A DNA stretch of 21,088 nt from Fidelibacterota bacterium. Lineage in GTDB: Bacteria; Fidelibacterota; Marinisomatia; Marinisomatales; TCS56. Shown here piece after piece: positions 8,676 through 17,818 of this stretch. Every line of letters begins with the position of its first letter. The stretch's first letter is position 1. The stretch is taken from contig JBDRBK010000007.1 of assembly GCA_043822705.1 (NCBI GenBank), positions 1 to 21,088 on the forward strand. The letters are read 5' to 3'. The position numbers were made by a program, and so were the translations under genes. The notes under the pieces were generated by a model. It saw only the letters and a list, made by a program, of their open reading frames with translations, had not been told where the DNA came from and searched no databases.

Positions 8676-9188
8676 TTAATCTGCGCTTTCTGGTGTAAGA
8701 TACCCGGCCAGCATCAGCGCCCCACCGACGACCATGCCGGCGTAATGTAATTTGTAGATCCGGATGCCGTTGTCGTAAAAAACCTCGGCTTCCTCCAGGC
8801 CGCAATCATCACATTCACGACTGATATTCCAATAACCCAAAGCGCCGGAGGCGATGATAAATCCTGTTCCGGCACGAAGCAAGTCATCGCGTGTATAGTG
8901 GAATTTCGGTGGTGTGGTAGATTTGACCGGCCGTATTGGTTCAGACAGCGTGTTGACATTATAATCAATGGCTAATGGATTTCCCTGCAGATCCCGGATT
9001 TCGGCTATAGAAATATATGACAGCACTTGCAGCCGGCCGGTTACCGGCAGCTTATAATAGACGATCGTATCATGTACGCCAAGCAGGTCGGCTTTGATCG
9101 GCTGGCCGTGTTTAGGTATGATTATGACCGGCTCGGCTATAGCGGCCGAGACGCAGAGCAAAGCTAAAAACAGTCGATTAAATGTCAT
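8676..9188 (-). CDS. Hypothetical exported/membrane protein
   Basis: Start is probably ATG at 9188 (GGAGGTAAA RBS). Signal peptide MTFNRLFLALLCVSAAIA. Two C-terminal hydrophobic segments flank a CDDC motif. Confidence 0.7.
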   Translation of the reverse strand: MTFNRLFLALLCVSAAIAEPVIIIPKHGQPIKADLLGVHDTIVYYKLPVTGRLQVLSYISIAEIRDLQGNPLAIDYNVNTLSEPIRPVKSTTPPKFHYTRDDLLRAGTGFIIASGALGYWNISRECDDCGLEEAEVFYDNGIRIYKLHYAGMVVGGALMLAGYLTPESAD

Positions 9189-9310
9189 TTTACCTCCCAA
9201 GTAAACTGGTATTAGTGGGATATTAAAACCGGATTAATTATTAATCAATAACTATGATTGTCTGTTGTATTTATGGAAAAAAGTCTCATTTAATTTGCGC
9301 GTTGATAGCC

Positions 9311-9330
9311 AATGTGACCTCCTTCACATT
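9311..9330. promoter_or_regulatory. CRP/FNR-family (or Rex-like) binding site
   Basis: AATGTGA-CCTCCT-TCACATT is a perfect TGTGA-N6-TCACA with extended symmetry, in an AT-rich divergent intergenic region. Confidence 0.6.
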
Positions 9331-9390
9331 CTGAAATTCTTACGCATTCCCGGAACATTACCTGTTGTGCCGTGTTGAAATCCACTTTTA

Positions 9391-9408
9391 ACTTACCGAC
9401 CGGTAAGT
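9391..9408. promoter_or_regulatory. TetR-type operator palindrome
   Basis: ACTTACCG-AC-CGGTAAGT has perfect 8-bp arms and ends 8 nt before the tetR start. It overlaps a candidate -10 (TAACTT 9389-9394) with -35 TTGTGC at 9365-9370. Confidence 0.72.
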
Positions 9409-9416
9409 AAACAGGA

Positions 9417-10010
9417 ATGATGAAAAAGAAAGCAACCAACAAAGAAATCATATTCCGGGAAGCGGCGCGCCTGTTCTCGGAAAAAGGCTACGAACGCACT
9501 TCCATGCGGGCGGTGGCCGAAGCCGCCGGCGTATCCAAACCGGCGATCTATTATTACTTTTGCAATAAAGAAGCGTTGTTCGAAGCCATGCTGGAAATGG
9601 CCATCAGTCATATCGTTGACACGATGGAGTCGGTCCGCAAAGCGGACCTGTCGCCCCTGGAAAAGCTGTCGGTAATCGCCGTGCACCGCTTCGAATTGTA
9701 CATCAAACACCCGGAAGTATCGAAATTCCTGATGGATCTATCGGTCTGGAATATCAAGAAAAATCTGATGCTGAATTTCCTGGAAAAGCATTCCGATATT
9801 CGCACGATAATGAGCGACATAATCATCGAAGGTCAGAAATCAGGTCTGTTCAAACGGGAAGTTGATCCGCTGTTGACCGGTCACATGTTTTTAGGCGGAT
9901 TGAATATGTACCTGATGAATTACATCAAGACCCGCGAGGGTGAATTGACGGCGGACAAGGCCCGCGAATTCGTGACAACCTTATTCAATGGAATCGGACT
10001 AACCCGATGA
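9417..10010 (+). CDS. TetR/AcrR family transcriptional regulator
   Basis: HTH motif A.RLFSEKGYERTSMRAVAEAAGVSKPAIYYYFCNKEALF. First gene of the efflux operon. Confidence 0.95.
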   Translation: MMKKKATNKEIIFREAARLFSEKGYERTSMRAVAEAAGVSKPAIYYYFCNKEALFEAMLEMAISHIVDTMESVRKADLSPLEKLSVIAVHRFELYIKHPEVSKFLMDLSVWNIKKNLMLNFLEKHSDIRTIMSDIIIEGQKSGLFKREVDPLLTGHMFLGGLNMYLMNYIKTREGELTADKAREFVTTLFNGIGLTR

Positions 10011-10042
10011 CCCAACCATTATTGAATCGGAGACTGTTTAAC

Positions 10043-11413
10043 ATGCACTGCGTTAAAAAGTATCTTTTATTGATTGCCGGCTTCCTGCTTGCTGCCACAG
10101 CCCCGGCCCAGGTTCTGGAACTGAGCCTGGAAAAAGCCCGCGAACTGGCCTTGACCAATAATCCGCAGATTAAACTGGCCGACGAGGCGCTACGGAAATC
10201 GGCGGCGCGGGTCACCGAGGCACGGGCCGGACTGCTGCCTTCGGTCAGCGCTTTTTCCAATTACCAGCGCTCCTGGGACCTGCAGACCACGGTAATCCCC
10301 AATTTCCTGAAGCCGATCTTTGTCGACATGAATATGCCCGGTGCCGACGGCCTGCCGGATTATATGGAAATGGCCTTCGGTCTAGAAAACACCTTGTTGT
10401 ATGGAGTCAATATTTCCCAGCCCCTGTTTCTTGGGGGAGCAGTCTGGAACGGCTACCAGATATCCAAAAATGCCCGCAATATCAGCGCGGCCCAGGTACA
10501 GGCCGCCCGCCAGACGGTGCTGCTGGAAGTGACCAATGCCTACTACGGTGTCCTGTTTGCCCGCTCGGTAATGAGCGTGATGCAGCAGAGCGTGCAGGCC
10601 GCGGAGAAAAACCTGGAACAGGTGCAAAAATTCCGGGCCACCGGCAAATCATCCGATTTCGATGTGCTACGGGCCGATGTGCAGTTGGCCAACTATATGC
10701 CGCAACTGGTCTCGGCCGAGAATAACGCCCATCTGGCGGTGTCCAATCTACTGCGGATACTCGGTCTCGGAGACAGCGAACTGGTTATAATCTCCGACGA
10801 GCTGACCTACCGGCCCAGCGAATACTCGCAGCGGAATTTTTCCGATCTGGTGGCACTGGCGCTGACTGCCCGACCCGAGATGACCATGCTGGACGAACAG
10901 CGGCTGATCGCCCGCAAGCAGTTATCGCTGGCGCAGGCCTCGCTGATGCCCAGTGTCGTTTTCGGGACATCCTACCAGTATCAGGGTCAGCGCAACGATC
11001 TGGACTTCACCGGGGACGATTTTGCCAAGTCTTTCAATTCTTCTCTGGCGATCAGTATTCCGCTGTTCAAAGGTCTGGGCAATCAGGCCAGGATTCAGCA
11101 GGCCAAAGTCGGGATTAATGAAGCCCGCTACCAGGAAGAATCCCTGCGGCAGGGCATCAGGCTGGAGGTGGAAGGGGCTTATTATAAAATGAAAGAGGCC
11201 GAAGAAAATGTGGCGACCCAATCCAAGGTGATCAACTCCGCCGCCGAAGCGCTGCGGCTGGTCAACCTGCGCTACGCCGAGGGCGCCAGCACCCAGTTGG
11301 AAGTGATGAACGCCGAAGTGGCCCTGAACCAGGCCCGGCTCAACCATCAACGAACATTATTCGAATACAATACGGCCCTGGCCGCATTGAAAAAAGCATT
11401 GAACCAGTTGTAG
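10043..11413 (+). CDS. TolC-family outer membrane efflux protein
   Basis: Signal peptide and two OEP repeats (A..LLPSVS..., SQPLF.GG; A..MPSV..., SIPLF.G). Start is ATG 10043 (GGAG upstream) or 10007 (ATGA overlap with tetR). Confidence 0.92.
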   Translation: MHCVKKYLLLIAGFLLAATAPAQVLELSLEKARELALTNNPQIKLADEALRKSAARVTEARAGLLPSVSAFSNYQRSWDLQTTVIPNFLKPIFVDMNMPGADGLPDYMEMAFGLENTLLYGVNISQPLFLGGAVWNGYQISKNARNISAAQVQAARQTVLLEVTNAYYGVLFARSVMSVMQQSVQAAEKNLEQVQKFRATGKSSDFDVLRADVQLANYMPQLVSAENNAHLAVSNLLRILGLGDSELVIISDELTYRPSEYSQRNFSDLVALALTARPEMTMLDEQRLIARKQLSLAQASLMPSVVFGTSYQYQGQRNDLDFTGDDFAKSFNSSLAISIPLFKGLGNQARIQQAKVGINEARYQEESLRQGIRLEVEGAYYKMKEAEENVATQSKVINSAAEALRLVNLRYAEGASTQLEVMNAEVALNQARLNHQRTLFEYNTALAALKKALNQL

Positions 11414-11422
11414 GAGTATCCG

Positions 11423-12556
11423 ATGAAAAGCAGACTTATGTTTGGTTTGACAGTATTTTTGATGATAATTATGGTTGCCGGGTGCGGCAAGCCCGAGCAG
11501 TCCGCGGCCGAGGAAAAAACGCCGGCGGTGCCGGTGGAACTGACCACCGTGAAGCTGGGCGCGATTGAAAATACGATTCAGTTTTTCGGCAATATGGCCG
11601 CCGATCAGGAGATTCGCGTTTATTCGACCGTTCCCAATAAAATTATTGATATTAAAGTGGAGATCGGCGCCACCGTCAAGGCCGGTGAGCTGCTGGCGGA
11701 AATCGATGGTGAAAAAATCAGCCAGGCCGTGACGCAGGCCGAGGCCGGATTGGAATCGGCACAGGCGCAGTTTAAATCAGTGGATGCCGAATTCAACCGG
11801 ATAAAAAAATTATACGAGGACAATGCCATCAGCCAGTCCCAGTATGAAGCGGTCAAAGCCCAGCGCGACGCCGCCAGTTCCGGTGTCAAGCAGGTAAAAG
11901 CGGCCCTGTCGACGACTAGGAGTCAGTTACGGGACACCCGGATCACGGCGCCGATTGCCGGTGTTATCGCGGAGCGGAATTTCGACATTGGCGATATGGC
12001 CGCACCTCAGGTGCCGCTGTTCACGGTGGTCAAAATGGATCCGGTAATGGTCGAGGTCAACGTAATCGAACGCCATATCGACCTGGTCCGGCCGGGGCAG
12101 ACGGCCTGGATCACCGTGACCGGTTACCCCGACACGGTTTTTCAGGGACGAATTCGGCGCGTCAACCCGACGCTTAATCCCCTGACCCGCACCGCACGGG
12201 CGGAAATTGAAATTCCCAACAGCAGTTTGCTGCTGCGACCCGGCATGTTTGCCGATGTCAATGTTGTGATCCAGGAAAAAACGGGCGTGCCGGTCATTCC
12301 CAAATATGCCATTATCGAAAGGACCTCGCTGAATTATGAGGCCGGTCAACTGACCACCAACAAGGTCAAGGTCAACCGCCATGTCTATGTCATCGAGGAT
12401 AGTATCGCCATACGCCGCGAGATCACGATCGGCATTGAGGACCGCTCGCGGGTCGAAGTCATATCCGGTCTGACCGGCGGCGAAAAAATAGTGACCATTG
12501 GTCAGCATAATTTATCCGATTCAGCCCTGATTGCAGTAATCCAGGAATCGGAATAG
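11423..12556 (+). CDS. RND efflux periplasmic adaptor (MFP), lipoprotein
   Basis: Lipobox VAGC, lipoyl halves (V..G..VKAG; ITAPIAGVI), alpha-hairpin, LRPGMFA. AGGAG RBS. Confidence 0.94.
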   Translation: MKSRLMFGLTVFLMIIMVAGCGKPEQSAAEEKTPAVPVELTTVKLGAIENTIQFFGNMAADQEIRVYSTVPNKIIDIKVEIGATVKAGELLAEIDGEKISQAVTQAEAGLESAQAQFKSVDAEFNRIKKLYEDNAISQSQYEAVKAQRDAASSGVKQVKAALSTTRSQLRDTRITAPIAGVIAERNFDIGDMAAPQVPLFTVVKMDPVMVEVNVIERHIDLVRPGQTAWITVTGYPDTVFQGRIRRVNPTLNPLTRTARAEIEIPNSSLLLRPGMFADVNVVIQEKTGVPVIPKYAIIERTSLNYEAGQLTTNKVKVNRHVYVIEDSIAIRREITIGIEDRSRVEVISGLTGGEKIVTIGQHNLSDSALIAVIQESE

Positions 12557-12578
12557 CGGCCGCTCGGAGGACCAGTAA

Positions 12579-15500
12579 ATGATTATATCCAAGATAGCTA
12601 TTCGTCGCAGCGTCACATTCACGATGCTGTATCTGATTGCGATCGGGTTCGGGTTATTCGGTTTGTCCAGCCTCAAGCTCGATTTGTATCCCAACATAAC
12701 CTTTCCGGTGATCGGAATAATCACCCAGTACGAGGGCGTCGGCCCGGAGGATATTGAGAATGTTCTGACCCGGCCGCTGGAGCAGACGGTGGTTTCCGTC
12801 GAGAATGTCAAGAAAATCACCTCGACTTCCAAGGTCGGCACGTCGATCATCATCATGGAGTTCGAATGGGGCTCCGACATGGATCAGGCCGAGATCAATG
12901 TGCGCAAGATGATCGATTTCGTGCGCGATTACCTGCCGTCACAGGCTTCCGATCCGATTACTTTTGCCTTCAACCCGTCGATGCAGCCGATTCAGTATCT
13001 GACGGTCAGTTCCGAGCAGTTGGGAATGGCCGAGCTGCGCCGGGTCGTGGATGAGCAGATCACGCCGCGCCTGGAACGGATCAACGGCGTCGCGGCCGCC
13101 GGTATTCAGGGCGGGCTCGAACGTCAGATTCAGGTGCTGGTGAATCCCCATGAACTGGCCTCCCAGGGATTGTCGCTGCAGCAACTGATTCAGGTCCTGC
13201 GCATGGAAAACCTCCAGATCCCCGGAGGCCTGATCGACGAACAGAACAAGGAATTTGCCGTCAAGACCTACGGTGAGTTTACCAGTGTCGGGCAGATCGA
13301 AAATACGGTAGTCGGCTACAAAGCCGGTGTGCCGATCTATCTGAAAAATGTCGCCCGGGTATCCGACGGTTTCAAGGAACAGCGGGAAATCATCCGCAAT
13401 AACGGCCGGTCGGCCTTGATGCTGTTCATTCAGAAACAGGCCGATGCCAACACGGTCCAGACCAGCCGGGCGGTGAATGAGGCGCTGCCGGGTATCCTGG
13501 AAAAAGTCGGCCAGTCGGTGGAAGTCTCTACTCTAATCGACTTTGCCGATTTTATTACACGCTCGCTGAATAATCTGAGGACCACCGCCCTGCAGGCCTT
13601 TGTGCTGGCCTTCCTGGTCCTGCTGTTCTTCCTGCGCAATATCCGCAGTTCGCTGATCGTGGCCGTATCGATTCCGGTCTCGGTCATCGTAACCTTCTTT
13701 GTCATGGATCAGGGCGGTCTGACCCTGAATGTAATTTCCATGGCCGGTCTGGCGCTGGCGATCGGCATGCTGGTTGATAATGCCATCGTGGTGCTGGAAA
13801 ATATTTTCCGGCGCAAGGAAAAGGGCATGGAAGTAAAGGAAGCGGCCTATGAGGGTACCAAACAGGTCTCGATGGCGATTATCGCCTCGACGCTGACGAC
13901 GCTGGCGGTTTTCGTGCCGATCCTGTTTGTTCCCGGTATTGCCGGTATCATGTTCAATGACATGTCGGTGACGATCGTATTCTCGCTGACCACATCGTTG
14001 CTGGTGGCACTGACCCTGATTCCGCTGCTGGCCTCGCGCTTCCTGCAAGCGGGGAAGACGGAAGCCAAAAACCGCGTTTCACAGGCGATCGGTCGATTTC
14101 TGGCCGGAGTAGAGCGTAATTATATCAGGACGCTGGATTTCTTCCTGATCCACAAGAAGACCCTGTTTGCCATAATAACCGGATTATTCATCATCACCGT
14201 GATCCTGGCCGGAAAAATCGGCGGTGAATTCATGGGCCGGACCGACCAGTCCTTTGTCAGTATGAATATCGAACGGGAAAGCGGTGCCTCACTGACGGCG
14301 ACCAATGAAACCTTTCTCGCCCTGGAAGAGATAACCCGGAATGATGTCCCGGAGGCCACCAATATCTATTCCAATTTCGGCACCGGCGAGGGGATCGGCG
14401 CCATGTTCGGCAGTACCGGCTCCAACGCCGGGCAGATCATGATATCACTGCCCGACGTGAAGGATCGCGACCGTTCCCAATTCGAGATTCAGGACAAACT
14501 GCGTGAAAATTTCGCCCGGATTCCCGGAGCCAAAATCACCTTCGAGGATAACAGCGGCTTCATGGGTGCCGCCGGTGATGTGGTGGTCAAAATATTCGGT
14601 TTCGACCGCAACGCGGCCGCCGCTCTGGGCGACCAGGTCGCCGAGGTCATGGGTGCGGTGGACGGCGTAGTCGATATCCAGAAGAGCTATAGCTCACCCC
14701 AGCCCGAGTACCAGATTTACCTGAACCGAGACCGAATTTCGTCCATGGGACTCAGTGTCACCATGGTGGCCCAGACGGTGGAAGCCGGGATCAAGGGTAC
14801 CCTGGCCACTCAGTACCGTGAAGGCGGCAAGGAATACGAGGTTTTGGTGCGTTTCGACGATGTCTATCGTGATTCACGGGCGGACCTGGAAAATATCTAT
14901 GTCACGACCCCCATGGGTGAGCAGGTGCCGTTGATCAACCTGGCGGAAATTGTTACCGGCCGCGGCGCCAACAAGATTAATCGTGAAGACCAGGACCGGG
15001 TTATTACCGTGAGCTGCATGGTCAGCGGGCGAGACCTGCGTAGCGTCACCAACGATATTCTGGAAGGTTTGAACAGGCTGACTTTCCCCCCGGACTTCCG
15101 CTGGGAAATCGGCGGCACGGCCGAGGATATGCAGGAATCATTCATGTACCTGGGACTGGCGTTGCTGGCGGCCATCCTGCTGGTCTACATGGTAATGGCG
15201 TCCCAGTTTGAGTCGCTGCTCAATCCGTTTATTATTCTATTCACGATCCCCCTGGCCTTTATTGGTGTGATCTTCGGGTTGTTTGTCTCTGGTACAACCC
15301 TCTCGATCACCGCCATGATCGGCGGCATGCTACTGATCGGTATAGTGGTCAATAACGGTATCGTTCTGGTCGATTATATTAATCAGCTCCGGTTCATCAA
15401 CGGTTACAAGCTTTGGGAAGCGGTAGTCCGCGGCGGCCGCCGGCGGATGCGACCGATCCTGATGACGGCGTTGACGACGATATTTTCGATGACGCCGATG

Positions 15501-15716
15501 GCCCTGGAACTTGGCTCGGGTGCCGAAATCTGGGCGCCGATGGCACGGGCGGTAATCGGCGGTTTGACGGCATCGACCTTCTTCACGCTGGTGCTGATTC
15601 CGGTGCTGTATTTCACGATCGAGCGCTGGAAACTCAATCGGGCGATCCGCAAGGGCCGGATCGAGGCCCAGGAAACCGGCCGGCCGGAAGGAGCCAACGC
15701 GCTAGAACTGAACTGA
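12579..15716 (+). CDS. RND efflux transporter permease (AcrB/AcrD/AcrF family)
   Basis: 1045 aa. GLALAIGMLVDNAIVVLENI in TM4, GIVVNNGIVLVD in TM10, RPILMTALTT in TM11. Confidence 0.96.
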   Translation: MIISKIAIRRSVTFTMLYLIAIGFGLFGLSSLKLDLYPNITFPVIGIITQYEGVGPEDIENVLTRPLEQTVVSVENVKKITSTSKVGTSIIIMEFEWGSDMDQAEINVRKMIDFVRDYLPSQASDPITFAFNPSMQPIQYLTVSSEQLGMAELRRVVDEQITPRLERINGVAAAGIQGGLERQIQVLVNPHELASQGLSLQQLIQVLRMENLQIPGGLIDEQNKEFAVKTYGEFTSVGQIENTVVGYKAGVPIYLKNVARVSDGFKEQREIIRNNGRSALMLFIQKQADANTVQTSRAVNEALPGILEKVGQSVEVSTLIDFADFITRSLNNLRTTALQAFVLAFLVLLFFLRNIRSSLIVAVSIPVSVIVTFFVMDQGGLTLNVISMAGLALAIGMLVDNAIVVLENIFRRKEKGMEVKEAAYEGTKQVSMAIIASTLTTLAVFVPILFVPGIAGIMFNDMSVTIVFSLTTSLLVALTLIPLLASRFLQAGKTEAKNRVSQAIGRFLAGVERNYIRTLDFFLIHKKTLFAIITGLFIITVILAGKIGGEFMGRTDQSFVSMNIERESGASLTATNETFLALEEITRNDVPEATNIYSNFGTGEGIGAMFGSTGSNAGQIMISLPDVKDRDRSQFEIQDKLRENFARIPGAKITFEDNSGFMGAAGDVVVKIFGFDRNAAAALGDQVAEVMGAVDGVVDIQKSYSSPQPEYQIYLNRDRISSMGLSVTMVAQTVEAGIKGTLATQYREGGKEYEVLVRFDDVYRDSRADLENIYVTTPMGEQVPLINLAEIVTGRGANKINREDQDRVITVSCMVSGRDLRSVTNDILEGLNRLTFPPDFRWEIGGTAEDMQESFMYLGLALLAAILLVYMVMASQFESLLNPFIILFTIPLAFIGVIFGLFVSGTTLSITAMIGGMLLIGIVVNNGIVLVDYINQLRFINGYKLWEAVVRGGRRRMRPILMTALTTIFSMTPMALELGSGAEIWAPMARAVIGGLTASTFFTLVLIPVLYFTIERWKLNRAIRKGRIEAQETGRPEGANALELN

Positions 15717-15737
15717 GCCGTTGACGAACATGATCTC

Positions 15738-15771
15738 AAGGGACTGGTTCCGGTCGAATCAGTCCCTTTTT
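15738..15771 (+). terminator. Rho-independent terminator of the efflux operon
   Basis: AAGGGACTGGTTC-CGGTC-GAATCAGTCCCTT followed by a T-run, 21 nt after the RND stop. Confidence 0.85.
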
Positions 15772-15889
15772 ATTTATCGCTGCGAAACACTTAAATTGCC
15801 ACTGCTATCCGGATGCGCAAACCGGATTGATCATCCTGATTCAGGGTTATGAAAAAATAATCTTATAATACGGGGATACAACTGCTGCC

Positions 15890-17818
15890 ATGCTTGATTT
15901 TACCTTTAGGCCCTTCAATGAAATGACTCCCGCCGACTATGCTAAAGTCGGATTCAAGGGGGGACTGGAAATTCACCAGCAATTGTTGACGGAAAAGAAG
16001 CTGTTCTGCCGCTGCCCGGCCGGGAAGTACAGCTCCGAGTATGATGCCGAAATTCTGCGCCATATGCGCCCGACCCTGTCGGAGTTGGGGGAATATGACG
16101 GTACGGCCCTGATGGAATTCAAAACCCGAAAGGATATTATCTATAATATCCGCCATGAAACCGTCTGCACCTACGAAATGGATGATACGCCGCCATTCGA
16201 ATTGAATGAACAGGCCCTGGATATCGCCCTCGAAATCGGTTTGTTGTACCGCAGCAACATCGTCGACGAAATCCATATTGCCCGCAAACAGTATCTGGAC
16301 GGCAGCATTCCCACCGGTTTTCAGCGCACGGCGATAATCAGTGTGGGCGGTGAATTACAGTTCAAGGATCGGAAAATCGGCATCACCCAGTTGGCCATCG
16401 AAGAGGATGCCTGCCGCGAAGTCAGCGATATCGGGCACACGCGGACCTACCTGACCGACCGGCTGGGGATGCCGCTGATCGAGACCGTCACCGATCCCGA
16501 TATGCGCACGCCCCAGGAACTGGCCGAAGTCGGCAATATCTTCCGTTACCTGACGCGCAGCACGGGCAAGGTCCGCACCGGCTACGGCGCCGCCCGCCAG
16601 GATGTGAACGTCAGCGTGGACGGCGGCACCCGGATCGAAATCAAAGGCGTGTCGCGGATTCGGGCGATACCGCTGCTGGCCTTCAACGAAGCGCAACGTC
16701 AATGGAATCTGCTGCGGATTCGCGAAGAATTGTGGCAGCGCGGCATCACCGGCAAATCGTTCCAGTCGGTCGTCGAGGATCTGACCCGGGTACTGCGCCG
16801 GACGCAGTTCGTCCCGATCAAGAATGCCCTGGCGCAGGATGTGGTCATCAAGGGTGTGTTGCTGCGGGGCTTCCGTGGAATTCTGCGCCGGCCGACCCAG
16901 ACCGATACGACTTTTTCCCAGGAAATCGCAGATCGCGTGCGTGTCGTCGCCTGCCTGACGTCACTGCCCAATATCATTCATTCCGACAGTCCCAGCGAAA
17001 CGCTTACCACTGCCGAGTGGCAGCGGTTAAAAAAGAACCTGCGGGCCCGGGAGGAGGATACGGTGGTGGTCGTCTGGGGGTCGCCCCAGGATGCCCAGAC
17101 CGGCGCCGAGGAGATCGTGATCAGGGCGCGAGAGGCCACGGTCGGGATTCCATCCGAAACCCGCCAGGCCCATGCCGATGGCACCAACGGCTTCGAACGA
17201 ATCCTGCCGGGACCCAATCGCATGTATCCCGATACCGATCTGCCGCCCAAGCGGATCAGTCCCGAACGCCTCGGGCAAATCGCTGACGGCCTGAACGAAA
17301 ATTACTGGGAACGGGTCCTGCGCTACCGCCGGCTGCAACTGCCCGATGATGTGGTCAGTCCGCTGGCACTGTCGGCTTATTTCCCGCTGTTCGACGAAAT
17401 CCTGGCTGCCGGCCGGATTGAACCGCGGCTCGCGGCGCTGGCCCTGGTACAGTTTCCCAAGCGGATCGCCCGCTCGGGCCTGGACATAACACAATTGACG
17501 CCGGCGCTGTTGCGGGATATTTTCCGGTTGCTGGCGGAAGGCCGGATAGTGAAGGACGGACTGCTGACGGTAATGTTGCAGACCTGCCTGCGTGGCCGGC
17601 CGGCTCTGGATGAACTGCCGTCGCCCTGCGCGACAGCGGAACTGGATCAGGTGATCGCGGTCGCCCGTAGCGAGACCGATTCACTGGAACTGGATAATGA
17701 CGAACAACGCGAACTGGTACTGATGGGAATCATCATGAATCGTTTGCGCGGCCGGGTCAACGGCGCGGAGGTTCGGCAGCGTCTGGCAACAAGCGGGAGG
17801 ACAGGTAATAATGGCTGA
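15890..17818 (+). CDS. gatE: Glu-tRNA(Gln) amidotransferase subunit E (archaeal type)
   Basis: 642 aa with GLEIHQQL, KLFC, DGS.PTGFQRT, EEDA, DRLG.PLIE, RQDVNVS, EIKGV and PG..RMYP.TD. It carries the GatE-specific AspRS-like insertion (I.HSD) and the C-terminal LMG..M..LRGR..G tail. These features separate it from GatB. Confidence 0.93.
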   Translation: MLDFTFRPFNEMTPADYAKVGFKGGLEIHQQLLTEKKLFCRCPAGKYSSEYDAEILRHMRPTLSELGEYDGTALMEFKTRKDIIYNIRHETVCTYEMDDTPPFELNEQALDIALEIGLLYRSNIVDEIHIARKQYLDGSIPTGFQRTAIISVGGELQFKDRKIGITQLAIEEDACREVSDIGHTRTYLTDRLGMPLIETVTDPDMRTPQELAEVGNIFRYLTRSTGKVRTGYGAARQDVNVSVDGGTRIEIKGVSRIRAIPLLAFNEAQRQWNLLRIREELWQRGITGKSFQSVVEDLTRVLRRTQFVPIKNALAQDVVIKGVLLRGFRGILRRPTQTDTTFSQEIADRVRVVACLTSLPNIIHSDSPSETLTTAEWQRLKKNLRAREEDTVVVVWGSPQDAQTGAEEIVIRAREATVGIPSETRQAHADGTNGFERILPGPNRMYPDTDLPPKRISPERLGQIADGLNENYWERVLRYRRLQLPDDVVSPLALSAYFPLFDEILAAGRIEPRLAALALVQFPKRIARSGLDITQLTPALLRDIFRLLAEGRIVKDGLLTVMLQTCLRGRPALDELPSPCATAELDQVIAVARSETDSLELDNDEQRELVLMGIIMNRLRGRVNGAEVRQRLATSGRTGNNG

